A DNA stretch of 64,000 bases, from IMG/VR virus record IMGVR_UViG_3300009093_000035, positions 184,580 to 248,579 of that record, one strand, 5' to 3'. Made by a program: the position numbers and the translations under genes. The notes beneath the pieces are model-generated. The model saw only the letters and a program-made list of their open reading frames with translations. It made no database searches and was not told the origin of the DNA. The first letter of the stretch is position 1, and the number at the start of each line of letters is the position of its first letter. Below are positions 42,451-53,669 of the stretch, in pieces.

Positions 42451-43917
42451 TCAGGCCTTCTCCTCGATCGTCTGAGTCCCTCGGCGCAACGTCCAGGAGT
42501 CCTCGTCCATGTCGACGTGGAGAGTGATGTCGGGGAAGTTCGCCTTGAAGGTTCGGATCTCCTCGTGGGTGACGGCGCGGAGAGTCGGGTGAACGGTCTT
42601 CGAGGATCGAAGTTCCAAGCGGTAGACGAACGCCGGAAGGGACTGAGTGATTCGGCAGGGGACTCGGAATCCCATGGAGACGTAGTTCTGAGCGACGACG
42701 GGATCCGCGTTCAGGTTCGCGATGGCCCATCTCTGTACGTTGATCAGCCCCACCGCCTCAATCACGAGTTCGGGCGGGATCGCCTCCAGGTACCACGGAT
42801 GGAACCCTAGCCCTGTGGTGAGCAAGGGCATCCTCATCGTACCAGCCCGATGACGCTGGAGATCGCGGAAGCTCCCGAAGTCGAGGTGGAACTGGGTCTG
42901 GATCGTTCCGATCTCCGAGAGCCAGTAGGGAAGCTCGACGCCTCTCGGCCGGTCTCGCAAGATCCCCTCGCACCGAGAAAGGGCCGCCTTGTCGAGAAGA
43001 GAACGGAAATCCGAGGGGCCGACGAAGTCCTCCGATTCCAGGAAGTAGTCGTGGAGCATGGAGGCGCTCCGATAGGTGATGTACTCGTCCTTGTCTTCCT
43101 TGAAGGAACTCTTGTACTTCGCGCTCAATGCGGAACGGATGTCAGAGCCCATGGCCGAGATACTCGGATCAGGATGACACGCGAGCCAGTTCAACTTGTC
43201 CCCTGCCTGACGGAGGTTCGTCGTCCACGAGAGGTTCGTGTGAGCGCCCGCGGGAAGAAACGCACGAAGAATGTCGAAAGCTCGGGCCGAGATCGCCCTC
43301 TGGTGAGTCTTCGCGTCGTCCCCTTCCTTTCGAGGGTACTTTTTCGCGAGGAAGTCCTTCACCACAGGCATCGACTTCATGTAGAAGCTCCGCCACCTCT
43401 CTTGGATCGCCTCTCCTTCGGGGGTGCCGAGGGGGTTCTCGAAGATGGACGTGGAGAAGTCCATGTACCTCGTACTCGCCTCTTGGCCAGAGTAGAGGGG
43501 CCAATCCTGGATCGCCTTCGCCGCGAGCATCGAGACCCCCTCGACGAAGACCGTGGTTGTCCCGCAGTCTCCGATCGAGGCGTGTCCGTATCCTCGGAAG
43601 TACTGATCGATGAACTTCCCGGAGCCTACCTGGCGAACCTTCTCCAAGTGGGAAGCGACGAGCGCGGGGCTCCGACTGTAGAGCGCCTGGATCATCGCCA
43701 GGTCTTCCGGAGACATCGAGTTCCGCGAGACGGCCTCGTTGATGATCTGCCTCCAGGCTTCGATGACCGAAGCTTGGATGTCCGGCTCGATACCCTCCCA
43801 GGACCCTTTGAGGCCTCGACGATCCGATAGATCTTCGACGATCTTCTGAGCCGCTTCCGCCCCGACGTTGGTGAGAGACTCCAAACCGTCGAGGATCGTA
43901 ATGCTGGCTCTGGTCAT
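42451..43917 (-). CDS. thyX: FAD-dependent thymidylate synthase (tandem ThyX type)
   Basis: GYGHASI, QEASTRY, FDILRAFLP, FRDLQRHR. Confidence 0.8.
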   Translation of the reverse strand: MTRASITILDGLESLTNVGAEAAQKIVEDLSDRRGLKGSWEGIEPDIQASVIEAWRQIINEAVSRNSMSPEDLAMIQALYSRSPALVASHLEKVRQVGSGKFIDQYFRGYGHASIGDCGTTTVFVEGVSMLAAKAIQDWPLYSGQEASTRYMDFSTSIFENPLGTPEGEAIQERWRSFYMKSMPVVKDFLAKKYPRKEGDDAKTHQRAISARAFDILRAFLPAGAHTNLSWTTNLRQAGDKLNWLACHPDPSISAMGSDIRSALSAKYKSSFKEDKDEYITYRSASMLHDYFLESEDFVGPSDFRSLLDKAALSRCEGILRDRPRGVELPYWLSEIGTIQTQFHLDFGSFRDLQRHRAGTMRMPLLTTGLGFHPWYLEAIPPELVIEAVGLINVQRWAIANLNADPVVAQNYVSMGFRVPCRITQSLPAFVYRLELRSSKTVHPTLRAVTHEEIRTFKANFPDITLHVDMDEDSWTLRRGTQTIEEKA

Positions 43918-45355
43918 GGCGAGACGTTACCCCCTTAGGGTGTCTCGTAGACGGGGCTAGCTTTCGATCTCCGGGAGCGGGAGGTTCCCGTACCGGGAGT
44001 AGTGATCGAGGAGGGGAATCAGCTCTTGGGTGAACTCCGGGGCGAGAACGATGGACTTCTCGTCTCCTCGTCGGAAGGACAACGACCCCTCGGCTTCTTC
44101 GAGGGAGAGCTTCTCGCCTTCGTCGTTCTCCAGGTCGTAAGCGCGGAGACCGCGCTCAGTACGAAACGTCCGACGGATCGTCATGGTGGATACACTTCGC
44201 CTTCCGGTCAGCGTCTCTCCCCAACGATAGCGCGACAACGACTTTGATACGAGCCCTCGCGGCTTCCGCGTAGACGGGAGGCCAATTCATGATCATGTCG
44301 ACCAGAGTGGCCTCGTTCGCTTCCTCCGCGATCTCGAAGGCGTGGATCCGGTACGCTTCGAAGGAAACGGCCGGGGTTCGGTACGGGGACACCTCGATTA
44401 CTCTTGGGTGGCTCCGCGAACGAGAGCGAGAACGGACTCTCGGAGGTACATGAACTCGCCGTGGGTTCGGACGACGTCTCCCTTCGATCCGTAGATCACG
44501 ACGGGGTTCCGGTTCGAAACTCGGATCGCCTCCACGCCTCCGGATTGACCGTGGAGGCGGATCTCCAGATCTTCGTCCGCGTAGACCTGTCCGTAGACGG
44601 AGCTGGGCTTCCCGTAGACTTCGAGGACGAACTCGAAAAGGCGCCGCCACGCGCTCATGTTCGTCTTCTTCCACTCCGGTACGCCCTCGACCGACTCGAA
44701 GTGTCGATCGACGATCTGATCGAGGTCGACTCGACCGACGACGTCCTCCGGACGCTCCTCATGGAGGGGGGCGACGACCACCGCGACCCTGCAGGACTCC
44801 CGGACGTCTTCGGCCAGACTGTGCAACGAGGCGCGACTCGACATTCTCAACTCCTCACGGGTGGAAGAACCCGTATGCGATCAAGAGCATTACGCCCCAG
44901 ATCAAAATCGAGGGGATCCCGTCCCCCGAAGCCCGATGGAAGGAAGGGCCCCTTCGAGGTCCCTTCCTTCGCGAGCGTCGCTCAGAAATCGAAGTCGCTG
45001 GCCCCACCGTAGTCCTCGTCCGTTCCGAAGCCCGCCGAGGCGAGCGCCGACTCCGCGTCCCCGTCCATCGAATCGTCGATGTCGTCGGACTCGAACTCGT
45101 CCGGGCCGTCGCTGAAGTCCGGGTCCTGGCCGTCGTCCTCGATCTCGAAGAGGTCGGAATCCGGGACGATCTCTTCCCCGCGACAGACCTCACACTCCTC
45201 CAAGATCTCTTCGGAGGGGCGACCGCCGTCGTGGTTCGTGTACGACGGGGCGGTACAGCCAACCGTGACACTACCGAAGCCCTTACAGCCGGGGCAGAGC
45301 TGGAAACCATTGGGGATTTTCCGGGTCGAGTTCGTCATCGTCGTTCTCCGCCTGT

Positions 45356-45425
45356 GTAACGAACGAGGTCCGGATCTTTACACTCCGATCTTCGGAAGTG
45401 TAAACGAGACCCCGTCGCTCGTTAC
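45356..45425. promoter_or_regulatory. Divergent pair of bipartite promoters (45356-45384 minus; 45397-45425 plus)
   Basis: Back-to-back AGTGTA-N13-CG(T/C)TCGTTAC between divergent ORFs. Confidence 0.8.
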
Positions 45426-45441
45426 ATAGGCGGAGAGAACG

Positions 45442-46119
45442 ATGGCTACTTCGAAAGGTACCTGTGGGGCGTGTTTCCGGCCGGTCAGCCTCAACAAGGA
45501 GGGGCTACTCGTTCGCCACGGATGGTCTGAGGCCGGCGGGCAGCGCCAGGTCGGAACCTACGGGAACGTCTACCACGACGGCGCGTGCTTCGGGGTCGGA
45601 TGGAAGCCTTACGAGGTTTCCTCGGATTGCACGAAGGCCTTCTTGGCGGAGGTCTTGTTTCCGATGGGTCTGTCGACCCAGGGCGACCTCGAACGCCTCG
45701 CGACCTTCCCGGACCACATCTTCTCCGGGAAGACCCGGTTGACCCGACAGACCACCAACGAGTGGGACGGGTACGCCTATTGGCAGGCGCTCCTTCGCCA
45801 CGGAGATATGTACTCGATGGACGTCCCGAGCTACGAGACCTACCACTCGATGATCGTGTCCAAGACTCAGACGAGGTGGACCGAGATTCTTACGGACGCC
45901 CTCTATTGCTGCAAGATGATCCAGGAGTGGGCCCCGTCGGAGGTGAAGACCGTCGCGAAGAAGGCCCCTCTGGTTCACTTCCGGAGTCCGCACATCACGT
46001 ACTCCCCGTGGTGCCGCATGTCTCGGTGGGGGAACAACGGCGGATACCACCTCACCGATCAGAAGGGTGAAGTGACCTGCGCGAAGTGCCAGAAGCTCCT
46101 CGCGCGAGCGGAGCCCTAG
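45442..46119 (+). CDS. Hypothetical Cys/His-rich protein
   Basis: GTCGACFR..HG; VTCAKC; downstream of promoter. Confidence 0.65.
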   Translation: MATSKGTCGACFRPVSLNKEGLLVRHGWSEAGGQRQVGTYGNVYHDGACFGVGWKPYEVSSDCTKAFLAEVLFPMGLSTQGDLERLATFPDHIFSGKTRLTRQTTNEWDGYAYWQALLRHGDMYSMDVPSYETYHSMIVSKTQTRWTEILTDALYCCKMIQEWAPSEVKTVAKKAPLVHFRSPHITYSPWCRMSRWGNNGGYHLTDQKGEVTCAKCQKLLARAEP

Positions 46120-46762
46120 TCTATCCCGAAGTGAATGAAAATCACTTGGCCGGCGATCAGGGCGAGCGCCGCGATCAAAGCGACTCCCGAGACTTCGAGG
46201 GCGAGGTACGCGAACTCGGGGACGAGAGCGCCGACGACCATGACCCCGGAGAAGAGAAACGCCACGCTCGAAGCGACCGTCAGGGCGCAGCCCATGCCGG
46301 TGGAGCGGATCTCCCTCACCTTCATACGACCGCTTCAGCTTCGAGGCGTGCGCAGATGTGGCAGAGGTATTCTCCGGGTCGGCCGATGTAGACCGACCCG
46401 TCGGGTCGCTTGCCATCCGCCGGGATACGCTGACCTCGGTAATGGCAGTCGCTCAACTCCGCGTTGAGTCGCTCACGTTCCGGAGTCATGAGTCGCTCGT
46501 TCACTTCTTCGGATCCTTCTCTTCCTTCGACATGTCGAGGAAGGCCGCCCCGAGATTCTCCAGTCCGTCGAGGACTCCGTTGATGTCTCTCCGAGCGACA
46601 CCGGTCTCCTCGTGAAGGAGGACGACCAGCGCCTTCCGGTTCAAGCCGGACTCGACGAGGGTCTTCACCGCCTTGTCGATCTTCCGGATCGCTTCGGCGA
46701 GGGACTTCGCGTCGTTGGGTGTGATCTCGGGGAGTTGGGCTTCCGTCTTTGCCATGGTGACC

Positions 46763-47245
46763 TCAGGCGAAACGTTCGGGCCGACGTCCCATGAGGTTCA
46801 TCGGTCGGGGGAAGGTACGTTGAAGCTTCTGGAGGAGGAGGTTGTCCACGACGACGATGTCGGGATCGTCCATGAGAGAGTCCGCGACGTCAGCGACCTC
46901 CCTCTCGGAGAGGGCCGCGTCGGGATCCGCCGCCTGAATGATCCGAGCCCGTTCTTGGGCCCAGTCCATCGCGCGACCTCGCGTCATGTCGACGAAGATT
47001 CGATCTCCGACCTTCAGTCCGACGTGAGGCCAGTAGGGCTCGTATCGGTCCGAACCGAAGTCGATGTGAGACAGTTCCGTTCGAGCCCACCGATCTCCCA
47101 GCGTGGGGTTCGCGAGGATCCCGAACGGTGTCACGCCGTCGCGGCTGTTCCAGACGTACTCGATCAGAGGGTCCGGACCGGTCCCTGCCCTCGAAGCGTA
47201 CTTCATGAGGGCGAAGGCCTCGGCGTGAACGTACTGAGGCTTCAA
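46763..47245 (-). CDS. Hypothetical protein
   Basis: WNSRDGVTPF motif; operonic with dcd. Confidence 0.6.
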   Translation of the reverse strand: MKPQYVHAEAFALMKYASRAGTGPDPLIEYVWNSRDGVTPFGILANPTLGDRWARTELSHIDFGSDRYEPYWPHVGLKVGDRIFVDMTRGRAMDWAQERARIIQAADPDAALSEREVADVADSLMDDPDIVVVDNLLLQKLQRTFPRPMNLMGRRPERFA

Positions 47246-47811
47246 GGGGCCTCCTCCCCGGACCGAGAAGCCGTCACCCCGGTCTGGTTCTGGTACTTCG
47301 AGCCCTTCGACCCGTAGGGGTACTTCGCGGGCCCGAGGAGCTTCTGGAAGCTGACCTGACAGATCGAGTCTCCCTCGCGAAGCTCGACCGGCGGGCCGGC
47401 GACGTCCAGCTCCAAGGTGATGTACCCGGAAAAGCCCGGGTCGAGGAAGCCGGCCGTCGCATGACAGCGAAGCCCGACCCGAGCCCAGGACGACCGGCCG
47501 TCGAGGCGAGCCAGGAGGTCGTCAGGGACGGCGATCTTCTCCCTCGTGCTGAGGAGGTAGAGAATCCCCGGACGGAGAACCCATCTCACGCCCGAGGCGT
47601 CCCCGGAGATCGGCGCGACCTCTCTCATCTCGGAGGTCCCCGGTCGAATCGGCTCGGCTCCGAAGCCCGGAGCCGAGACCTGCATCAACGGCCCCTGGAC
47701 GTGAAGATCCACGGAGGCGGGCTGGACCTTCCCCTTCTCGCGAAGCTCCTGCCAGTGGTCGGGGAAGAGCTTCTTCAACTCGTGGTTGATCAAGACGTCG
47801 TTGAGCATCAT
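47242..47811 (-). CDS. dcd: dCTP deaminase
   Basis: QPASVDL, GRSSWARVGL, AGFLDPGFSGYITLEL, KYQNQTG. Confidence 0.92.
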   Translation of the reverse strand: MMLNDVLINHELKKLFPDHWQELREKGKVQPASVDLHVQGPLMQVSAPGFGAEPIRPGTSEMREVAPISGDASGVRWVLRPGILYLLSTREKIAVPDDLLARLDGRSSWARVGLRCHATAGFLDPGFSGYITLELDVAGPPVELREGDSICQVSFQKLLGPAKYPYGSKGSKYQNQTGVTASRSGEEAP

Positions 47812-48330
47812 TCGAACGGTACCTCCGAAGAGGGACCCTTACGCCGCCGAGGATTCCTTGTCGGTGAGCTTCAGAGGAATTCCTCGGCGGAATAGCTCGT
47901 TGAGAGCCGCTTGAGGGATGGCGAGCGCGATGTCCCGCTTCTTCGGATCGGAGAAGAACCCATGGAGGCGACCCTTCGCAAACTCCTGGAGGTCATCCGA
48001 GTGGCGTTGCCTACACCACATGAGGGCCCAGATCTCGTGGACGTCGTTATCGTCGTCCTCGTTCTTCGCCGACGTCCGGTAAGGGCCGTCTTGGATCGTC
48101 TCCGGGTCCTCTTGAACCGTCGGCGGAGCTTCCTCTTGGGTCGTCTCCGGGTCCTCGCAGCAGGTCGAGTGGTCGTGGGTCGGAACGGTCTTCCCGAAGT
48201 ACGCGAAAACGGCTCGCTTCGCGGCTTGGTATCGACTTCGAGCCCAGATCAACCCGACCCCCAAGAAGGGGACCACGCTCATGATCGCAATCAACTCGTC
48301 CTGACAGAAGTGCATATCGTCTCCCCTCCT

Positions 48331-48359
48331 GTAACGAACGGGGTCCCGGTCTTTACACT
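48331..48359 (-). promoter_or_regulatory. Bipartite promoter
   Basis: AGTGTA-N13-CGTTCGTTAC. Confidence 0.75.
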
Positions 48360-48376
48360 CTCGGCACCCCTTAGGT

Positions 48377-48886
48377 ATGACCTCGATTTTCCTCGCCGGA
48401 GACAGCCAGTCCGTGAACCCGGGCGGAGCCGCCGAGCGGGCTCTGAGGGGGTTCGGGTACGCGACGAGCCGAGTCTCGAACATCGGCATGGGACCCTACG
48501 ACTACGTTCGGATCTCCGACCTCTGGAGACAGTACACGAACGGAGTCGCGAAGGCGAAGCCGGCTCTGATCGTTCTGATCTTCGGGACGAACGACGCTCC
48601 GAACCAGCACCTCGAAGACGCACTCGCGAAGCTGAAGAACTCCGTGAAGCCGAAAGTGATCCTCTCCGGACCCCCTCAGTACCCGAACGCTGAGCATCAG
48701 GTCCTGGGGGCTTCAATCAAAGCCGTCTACGCGAAGGTCTTCGGCGTCGACTACTTCGACAGCTACCCCTTCACCGATCCCTCGCTCCCCCGAGCCGCCG
48801 ACGGGCTCCACCTCACCGTGAGCGGAGCGACTCCATGGGGGAATGCTATCGCGGCGGAAGTGGTTCGGCGGGTCCCTCCACGTTGA
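48377..48886 (+). CDS. SGNH/GDSL hydrolase
   Basis: GDS, GTND, DGLH. Confidence 0.8.
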   Translation: MTSIFLAGDSQSVNPGGAAERALRGFGYATSRVSNIGMGPYDYVRISDLWRQYTNGVAKAKPALIVLIFGTNDAPNQHLEDALAKLKNSVKPKVILSGPPQYPNAEHQVLGASIKAVYAKVFGVDYFDSYPFTDPSLPRAADGLHLTVSGATPWGNAIAAEVVRRVPPR

Positions 48887-48901
48887 GGAACATCCCTTCT
48901 C

Positions 48902-49537
48902 TTACCCTCCGAGGAGATCGAGGATGTCGATCTCCTCGGCCTCTTCGATCCCCTTCTTCTCGAAGGTTTGGATCGGACGGTGATGGGGGGTCAACCCGTA
49001 CTTCTTGATCGCCTCGCGGTGGACCTTGGATCCGCCGTACCCCGCGTTCACTTCCCACTCGTAGTGAGGGAAGTCTTTTGCGAGCGCGATCATGTCGTTG
49101 TTCCGATACGTCTTCGCAACGATCGAGGCAGCCATGACCGACGGGTACTTGTCGTCCGCCTTCTTCTCCCAAGTCACCGAGAGGTTCGAGGGGACGACCA
49201 CTTTCCGGTCACACGGGCCGTCGATGAAGACGTCGGGTAGCTCCTTCCAGAAATGACGGAGGGTTGCGGAGATCCCTTCTCTCCACGTCTCCCTCATCCC
49301 GATCGTTCGGATCGCGTCCACAGTTCCGACGAACCGGAAGACCCCTAGGGCGTGTTTCTCGATCAGGACCAGGGCCGCCCGTCGCTTCCCGTCTGAAAGC
49401 TTCTTCGAGTCGCGTAGGAGCCCCTCGCACTTTTTCGCGAAGTCCTCCTCGTCTTCGACCAGGACGCCTGCGACGTAGAAGGGACCGGCCCAAGCTCCGG
49501 TCCCGCTCTCGTCGATCCCTAGGATTCGATCTGCCAT
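48902..49537 (-). CDS. rnhB: Ribonuclease HII
   Basis: GIDESGTGAWAGP, RDSKKL, IDG, AASIVAK. Confidence 0.9.
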   Translation of the reverse strand: MADRILGIDESGTGAWAGPFYVAGVLVEDEEDFAKKCEGLLRDSKKLSDGKRRAALVLIEKHALGVFRFVGTVDAIRTIGMRETWREGISATLRHFWKELPDVFIDGPCDRKVVVPSNLSVTWEKKADDKYPSVMAASIVAKTYRNNDMIALAKDFPHYEWEVNAGYGGSKVHREAIKKYGLTPHHRPIQTFEKKGIEEAEEIDILDLLGG

Positions 49538-50262
49538 CTCAGGCTCTACGACGCTTCACGAACCTTCGGCCGCTTTTCGCGCGATCGCCCGACGCGTTAC
49601 CTCGGAGAGCATGACGCGTCGTCTCTCGTCTCGCTCCTCTTTCGTACCGGTGTTGTCGGTAGCCGACAACAGGGCCTGGTCGTCCCACTCGGTGTTGTCG
49701 CGTACGTCGACCTGGAGCGAGTCGTGACCTGCGTTCAAGTCGAAGCCGTACTTCCTCTGAAGCTCGGCGACTTCCTGTAGAAAGGCCGCGACTCGCTCTG
49801 TGTGGACTTCTCCCGTTTTCTCGTTGATCAGATACTTCATGGCTTCCTCCTAGATTCGGACTCCGCCTCATGCCGGGGAGGTCGACCATGCTCTTCTTCG
49901 AACTTCTTCGCCGCGTACTCCGAGCGGGTAGCGCGGCGTTCTTTCCATCCTTCGATCCGTTCCTTGCGGCGGATCTTTCGCTTCACCCGACTCATCCTCA
50001 AGAAGCAGTTACGCCCCGAGGAGGAAATCGAGCGCCCGATCGTACTGATCGAAAGTCTCGACGGTCTTGCTCTTGTTGGAGCTGTCGTACCGCGTCGCGC
50101 GGAACTTGACCTTCGGCGTCTCGGTGAGATTCGAGATCAGAGCGTCGACTCCGCCGACGTTCGTCTGGTAGAAGAGGGTCGTCTCGGAGACGTAGTCCTT
50201 CGTACCTTCGAGCACTTCTTCCTTCGTGGGCTTCCTCATTGTTCGAGATCCTTTCGATCCTG

Positions 50263-50291
50263 GTAACGGGCGAGGAGAGCTTCTCTACACT
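50263..50291 (-). promoter_or_regulatory. Bipartite promoter
   Basis: AGTGTA-N13-CGCCCGTTAC. Confidence 0.7.
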
Positions 50292-50627
50292 CGCTTCTTG
50301 CGCTGAGGCTTCTTCTTGGGGAAGAGGCCGCGAGGAACCAACGGCGGAGGCGGGATCGAGGACGGGAGAGGAGCGAGGGCGACCGGGCTCAGGCAGGCGT
50401 TCTCGTGGACCCACTCCTTCCCCGAACCCCACCCCATCGACCGGAAGACGAAACCCTTCGGAGGGTTGACGATCCGAAGAGTATGACCTGTCGTGGAGAA
50501 GGTTTGCTCCCCGTCGTCCCAACTCGGACGTTCGTGCTCGACCTCGACCCGTGACCAGAACTCCACCGTCTGGTCGCACAGACCACAAGTCACTCGAAGA
50601 TGGAAGTCGACATTCTCATACATGACG

Positions 50628-51443
50628 TCAGGTCACGTTCTCGGGGACGATCCCGAAGAGAGCCTCCACACGCTCCGGAGTCGACATGTCGTGAAGCGGC
50701 TTCGGATGGAAGGGCCGAAGCTCGTTGCGGACGTACCGGAGGGTCCCCCCGTTTCGACCGTGATGCTTCGGGGGAAGTTGTTCGGCTTCCTCGGGCGTGT
50801 ACTTCCGTTCGACCTCGACCTCGACCCGAGTGACGAAGGCTCCGCGCCGGAAGTGTTCCGGGTAGGCGTCGAAGTCGACCCCGACGCTCCGGAGCATCTC
50901 TCGCTTCTCCTCGCTCGTTTTGTTGAGAAGTTCCTTGTGATGGAAGCACGTCGAGGCCGCCATCGTGTAGGAGTTCTTCCGCGCATCCAGCTCGCGCCAG
51001 AGCAGCGTAGCTGCCGCGTCCGCGATCGTCGGGACCGACCACGCCCGCGAATCGAAGAGAGGAGACTGGCCCGCCTTCTCCGGGATCCGAGCGTCGAGAT
51101 TCCGAGCGAACCACGACGAGGCGAAGGCCGCCGTCATGGACGCGATCTTCTGAGCCCGAAGTCCGAAGTAGCCGTCCGAGTCTTCGTTCGGCTGAAGCAG
51201 CACGAGGGAGATCTCGTCCGACTGAGTGTAGCCGACGCGAGCCCCGGTCTCGGCGACGAGCGCGCAGGTCAGATCGTACATCATCGACGACAATCGGACG
51301 TCGTACGGACGTTCGAGGTCGCGGGTGAACGCGGAGAACGCGCGCCCGTCGAGACGGATGCAGATCGGGTACGTCAGGCGCCGAGCGCTCTCGACGCCTT
51401 CAAGCTGCTTCATGTGATCGCCCAGAGTGTCCATCATTCCCAT
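50628..51443 (-). CDS. Thg1-like 3'-5' polymerase (tRNAHis guanylyltransferase family)
   Basis: RLDGRAFSAFT, YTQSDEISL, FDSR, WRELDARKNS. Confidence 0.9.
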   Translation of the reverse strand: MGMMDTLGDHMKQLEGVESARRLTYPICIRLDGRAFSAFTRDLERPYDVRLSSMMYDLTCALVAETGARVGYTQSDEISLVLLQPNEDSDGYFGLRAQKIASMTAAFASSWFARNLDARIPEKAGQSPLFDSRAWSVPTIADAAATLLWRELDARKNSYTMAASTCFHHKELLNKTSEEKREMLRSVGVDFDAYPEHFRRGAFVTRVEVEVERKYTPEEAEQLPPKHHGRNGGTLRYVRNELRPFHPKPLHDMSTPERVEALFGIVPENVT

Positions 51444-51698
51444 CTTACTCTCCGCTCTTGAAGTTCAGAGGATCCGGGTAGACCAGGAGCGTCACCGGGA
51501 AGACGAAGAGATCCTCAGGACGACGACCCGACGCCAGAAGACGATCGCGGTGCCAGTTGACGTCCCCCATGTCCTCCATGAAGGTCGCCCCCTCGATCAT
51601 GGGTACCTCGCCCGGGGTCGCCTCCGCGTCGGAGAAGCGGTACCAAGACGAATCCGGCTCGGAGCCGAGTCGGATCGCGTAGACCGTCGGCATGCTCA

Positions 51699-53168
51699 TC
51701 AGCACTCCAGCTTGAAGAACCCGGGCTCTTCGAGGGCGACGCGCGCGAGCCGAGCGCCGAGCCTGCAGATCGCCTCGTGGAACTCGCTACTGAGATGGTC
51801 CGCCGCGTAGTGGTGGGCGAACTCATGGAGGAGGAGGCGGTTGATCGCTTCGAGGTTCGGCTTCTCGAACCAGTCACGCCCGAGACGCCCCATGTTGAGG
51901 GTCAGCTCGTAGCCTCCGAAGGTCGCCGCGAAAGGCCAGGTCGCTTCGCTCGCGATCGTGATGTGGAGACGTCCGGCGCCGAGGAGTGCTCCCGCGAGGC
52001 GTTCGGCGTAGCTCACGACGGCCCGCATCCCTTTCGTGTAGTCCTCGGGCTTCACGATCTTCAGGTCTCGACCGTCCTCCGAGTAGGGCTTCGGGCTCGG
52101 GGTGACCTTCCCGCTCGGGAGCGCGGCCCCCGAAGAGCGGATGTTGTCCCAGACCGCGCGCGAGAACGTCCCGGCCTCGATCACGGCGTAGCCCTGAGAA
52201 ACGGCGATCTTCGTGCTCTCCGGATCGCTCGGGTCGCGGATCACGCGCTTGTCGCCGTACCGATGGGTGAGGATCGTGTTCACGACCTCGGGGGCGACCT
52301 TGTCGTCCGAGAGGACGTCGTTCGTCCAGGACGCTCGCGCTTCCTCGGGAGTGATCTGGTCGACGCAGGCGTTCAGGACCTCGGTCCGGATCTTCCGGAG
52401 GTAGCTCGGGGTGACGTTGTCGCGGTCCGTGTTGAGGGGGACCTTCTGGAGGACGTTGATGTGCCAGGCGTCATCGGTCTCGACGACGGGGATCCCCATC
52501 TCGTAGAGCGTCGCCTTCTCACCCTCCCGCGGCTTGTAGACTTCGATCGTCGTCTTCCGCGCCGTCGGACGGAGGTAGCCCTCTTCGTCAGCGATCTCGG
52601 TCGGGAGCGTCGCTTCGAAGCTCTTCATCATCTCCCTCGCCCCGATCAGCGCGAAGGGCTCTTCTCCGACCTGGAGAGTGAGGCGGATCGACGGAGGGAC
52701 GATCAGTGAGTGGATCGCCGCGATCATTCGCTCCACATCGGCGCGACTCATCTTCAGCAGTGTCTCGACCCGAGTCCCTTCGACGCGCTGGTACCCCGCG
52801 TTGCGTCGACCGTTCTTGTTGAAGACGATCGTGCCGGTGGTCGTGGAGATCGTCGTCTCCTTCGAGAGAGCGATCACGAGCTTCTCGCCGAGGTTGAAGC
52901 GACCGCGTTTCTCGGCGTTTCCCTTCTTCTTCGACTCGGCGAAGAGGGTGTACGCGTGGGAGAGATCCGCGAAGCCCTCGGGGTTGTCGTCCTCGACGAG
53001 GAGCGTCCAGTAGCCCCCCGAACTCGGTTCGAGATGGACGCTGACGGTTCGGACGTTCTCGTCGAGAGCGTTCTGGATCAGCTCCAGCGCCGCGAACTCG
53101 ATCCCGCGTCGGGCGAGGAGCTTCGCGAGCCCCTCCTTGTCCACGTCGAACATCTGGGTCTTGGTCAT
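51699..53168 (-). CDS. GHKL-type ATPase with C-terminal HExxH domain
   Basis: ELIQNALDE, VEDDNPEG, RGRFNLGEK, GT; LLHEFAH. Confidence 0.7.
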   Translation of the reverse strand: MTKTQMFDVDKEGLAKLLARRGIEFAALELIQNALDENVRTVSVHLEPSSGGYWTLLVEDDNPEGFADLSHAYTLFAESKKKGNAEKRGRFNLGEKLVIALSKETTISTTTGTIVFNKNGRRNAGYQRVEGTRVETLLKMSRADVERMIAAIHSLIVPPSIRLTLQVGEEPFALIGAREMMKSFEATLPTEIADEEGYLRPTARKTTIEVYKPREGEKATLYEMGIPVVETDDAWHINVLQKVPLNTDRDNVTPSYLRKIRTEVLNACVDQITPEEARASWTNDVLSDDKVAPEVVNTILTHRYGDKRVIRDPSDPESTKIAVSQGYAVIEAGTFSRAVWDNIRSSGAALPSGKVTPSPKPYSEDGRDLKIVKPEDYTKGMRAVVSYAERLAGALLGAGRLHITIASEATWPFAATFGGYELTLNMGRLGRDWFEKPNLEAINRLLLHEFAHHYAADHLSSEFHEAICRLGARLARVALEEPGFFKLEC

Positions 53169-53640
53169 CAGAAAACTCCGAGGTAGTGGAGGGTGAGAGC
53201 GACAACGGTTGCCGCGAAGATCCAAGGCAGGGCCCAGATCAGAATGAAGCAGCCGATCCCGAAGGCGCCCGCCCCGAGGAGAGATCCCGTCGCGAAGACG
53301 GTGAAGAGGGCATCAGCGATGCCCGCAAGCCATCGCTGGACTCGACCCTTCTTCCCCAAGGCTCGGAGGTTCCGGCGGATCTTCTCGTCGCGCTCGCGCT
53401 CTGCCGTTGACTTGATCACAGACCCGCCGTCTTTCTGAGAGCGCGTAGCGCCTCGACTTGCATACGAATCGTCTGACGTTCGAACTTCCGGAGGTCGATC
53501 GCGTCCCGCTTCCGCTGAGAGCGAGTCCCTCGACAGTCGCGGAATTCCTTCCGGAAGCGGAAGCCGTGGTTCACTTCGAGTTCGAAGTGCTCGATCGCGT
53601 TTCGGCGTTTGTCAGAGATAGCCATCTCGTCCTCCCCTGT

Positions 53641-53669
53641 GTAACGAACGAGGCGCGCTCCGCTACACT
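53641..53669 (-). promoter_or_regulatory. Bipartite promoter
   Basis: AGTGTA-N13-CGTTCGTTAC. Confidence 0.75.
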
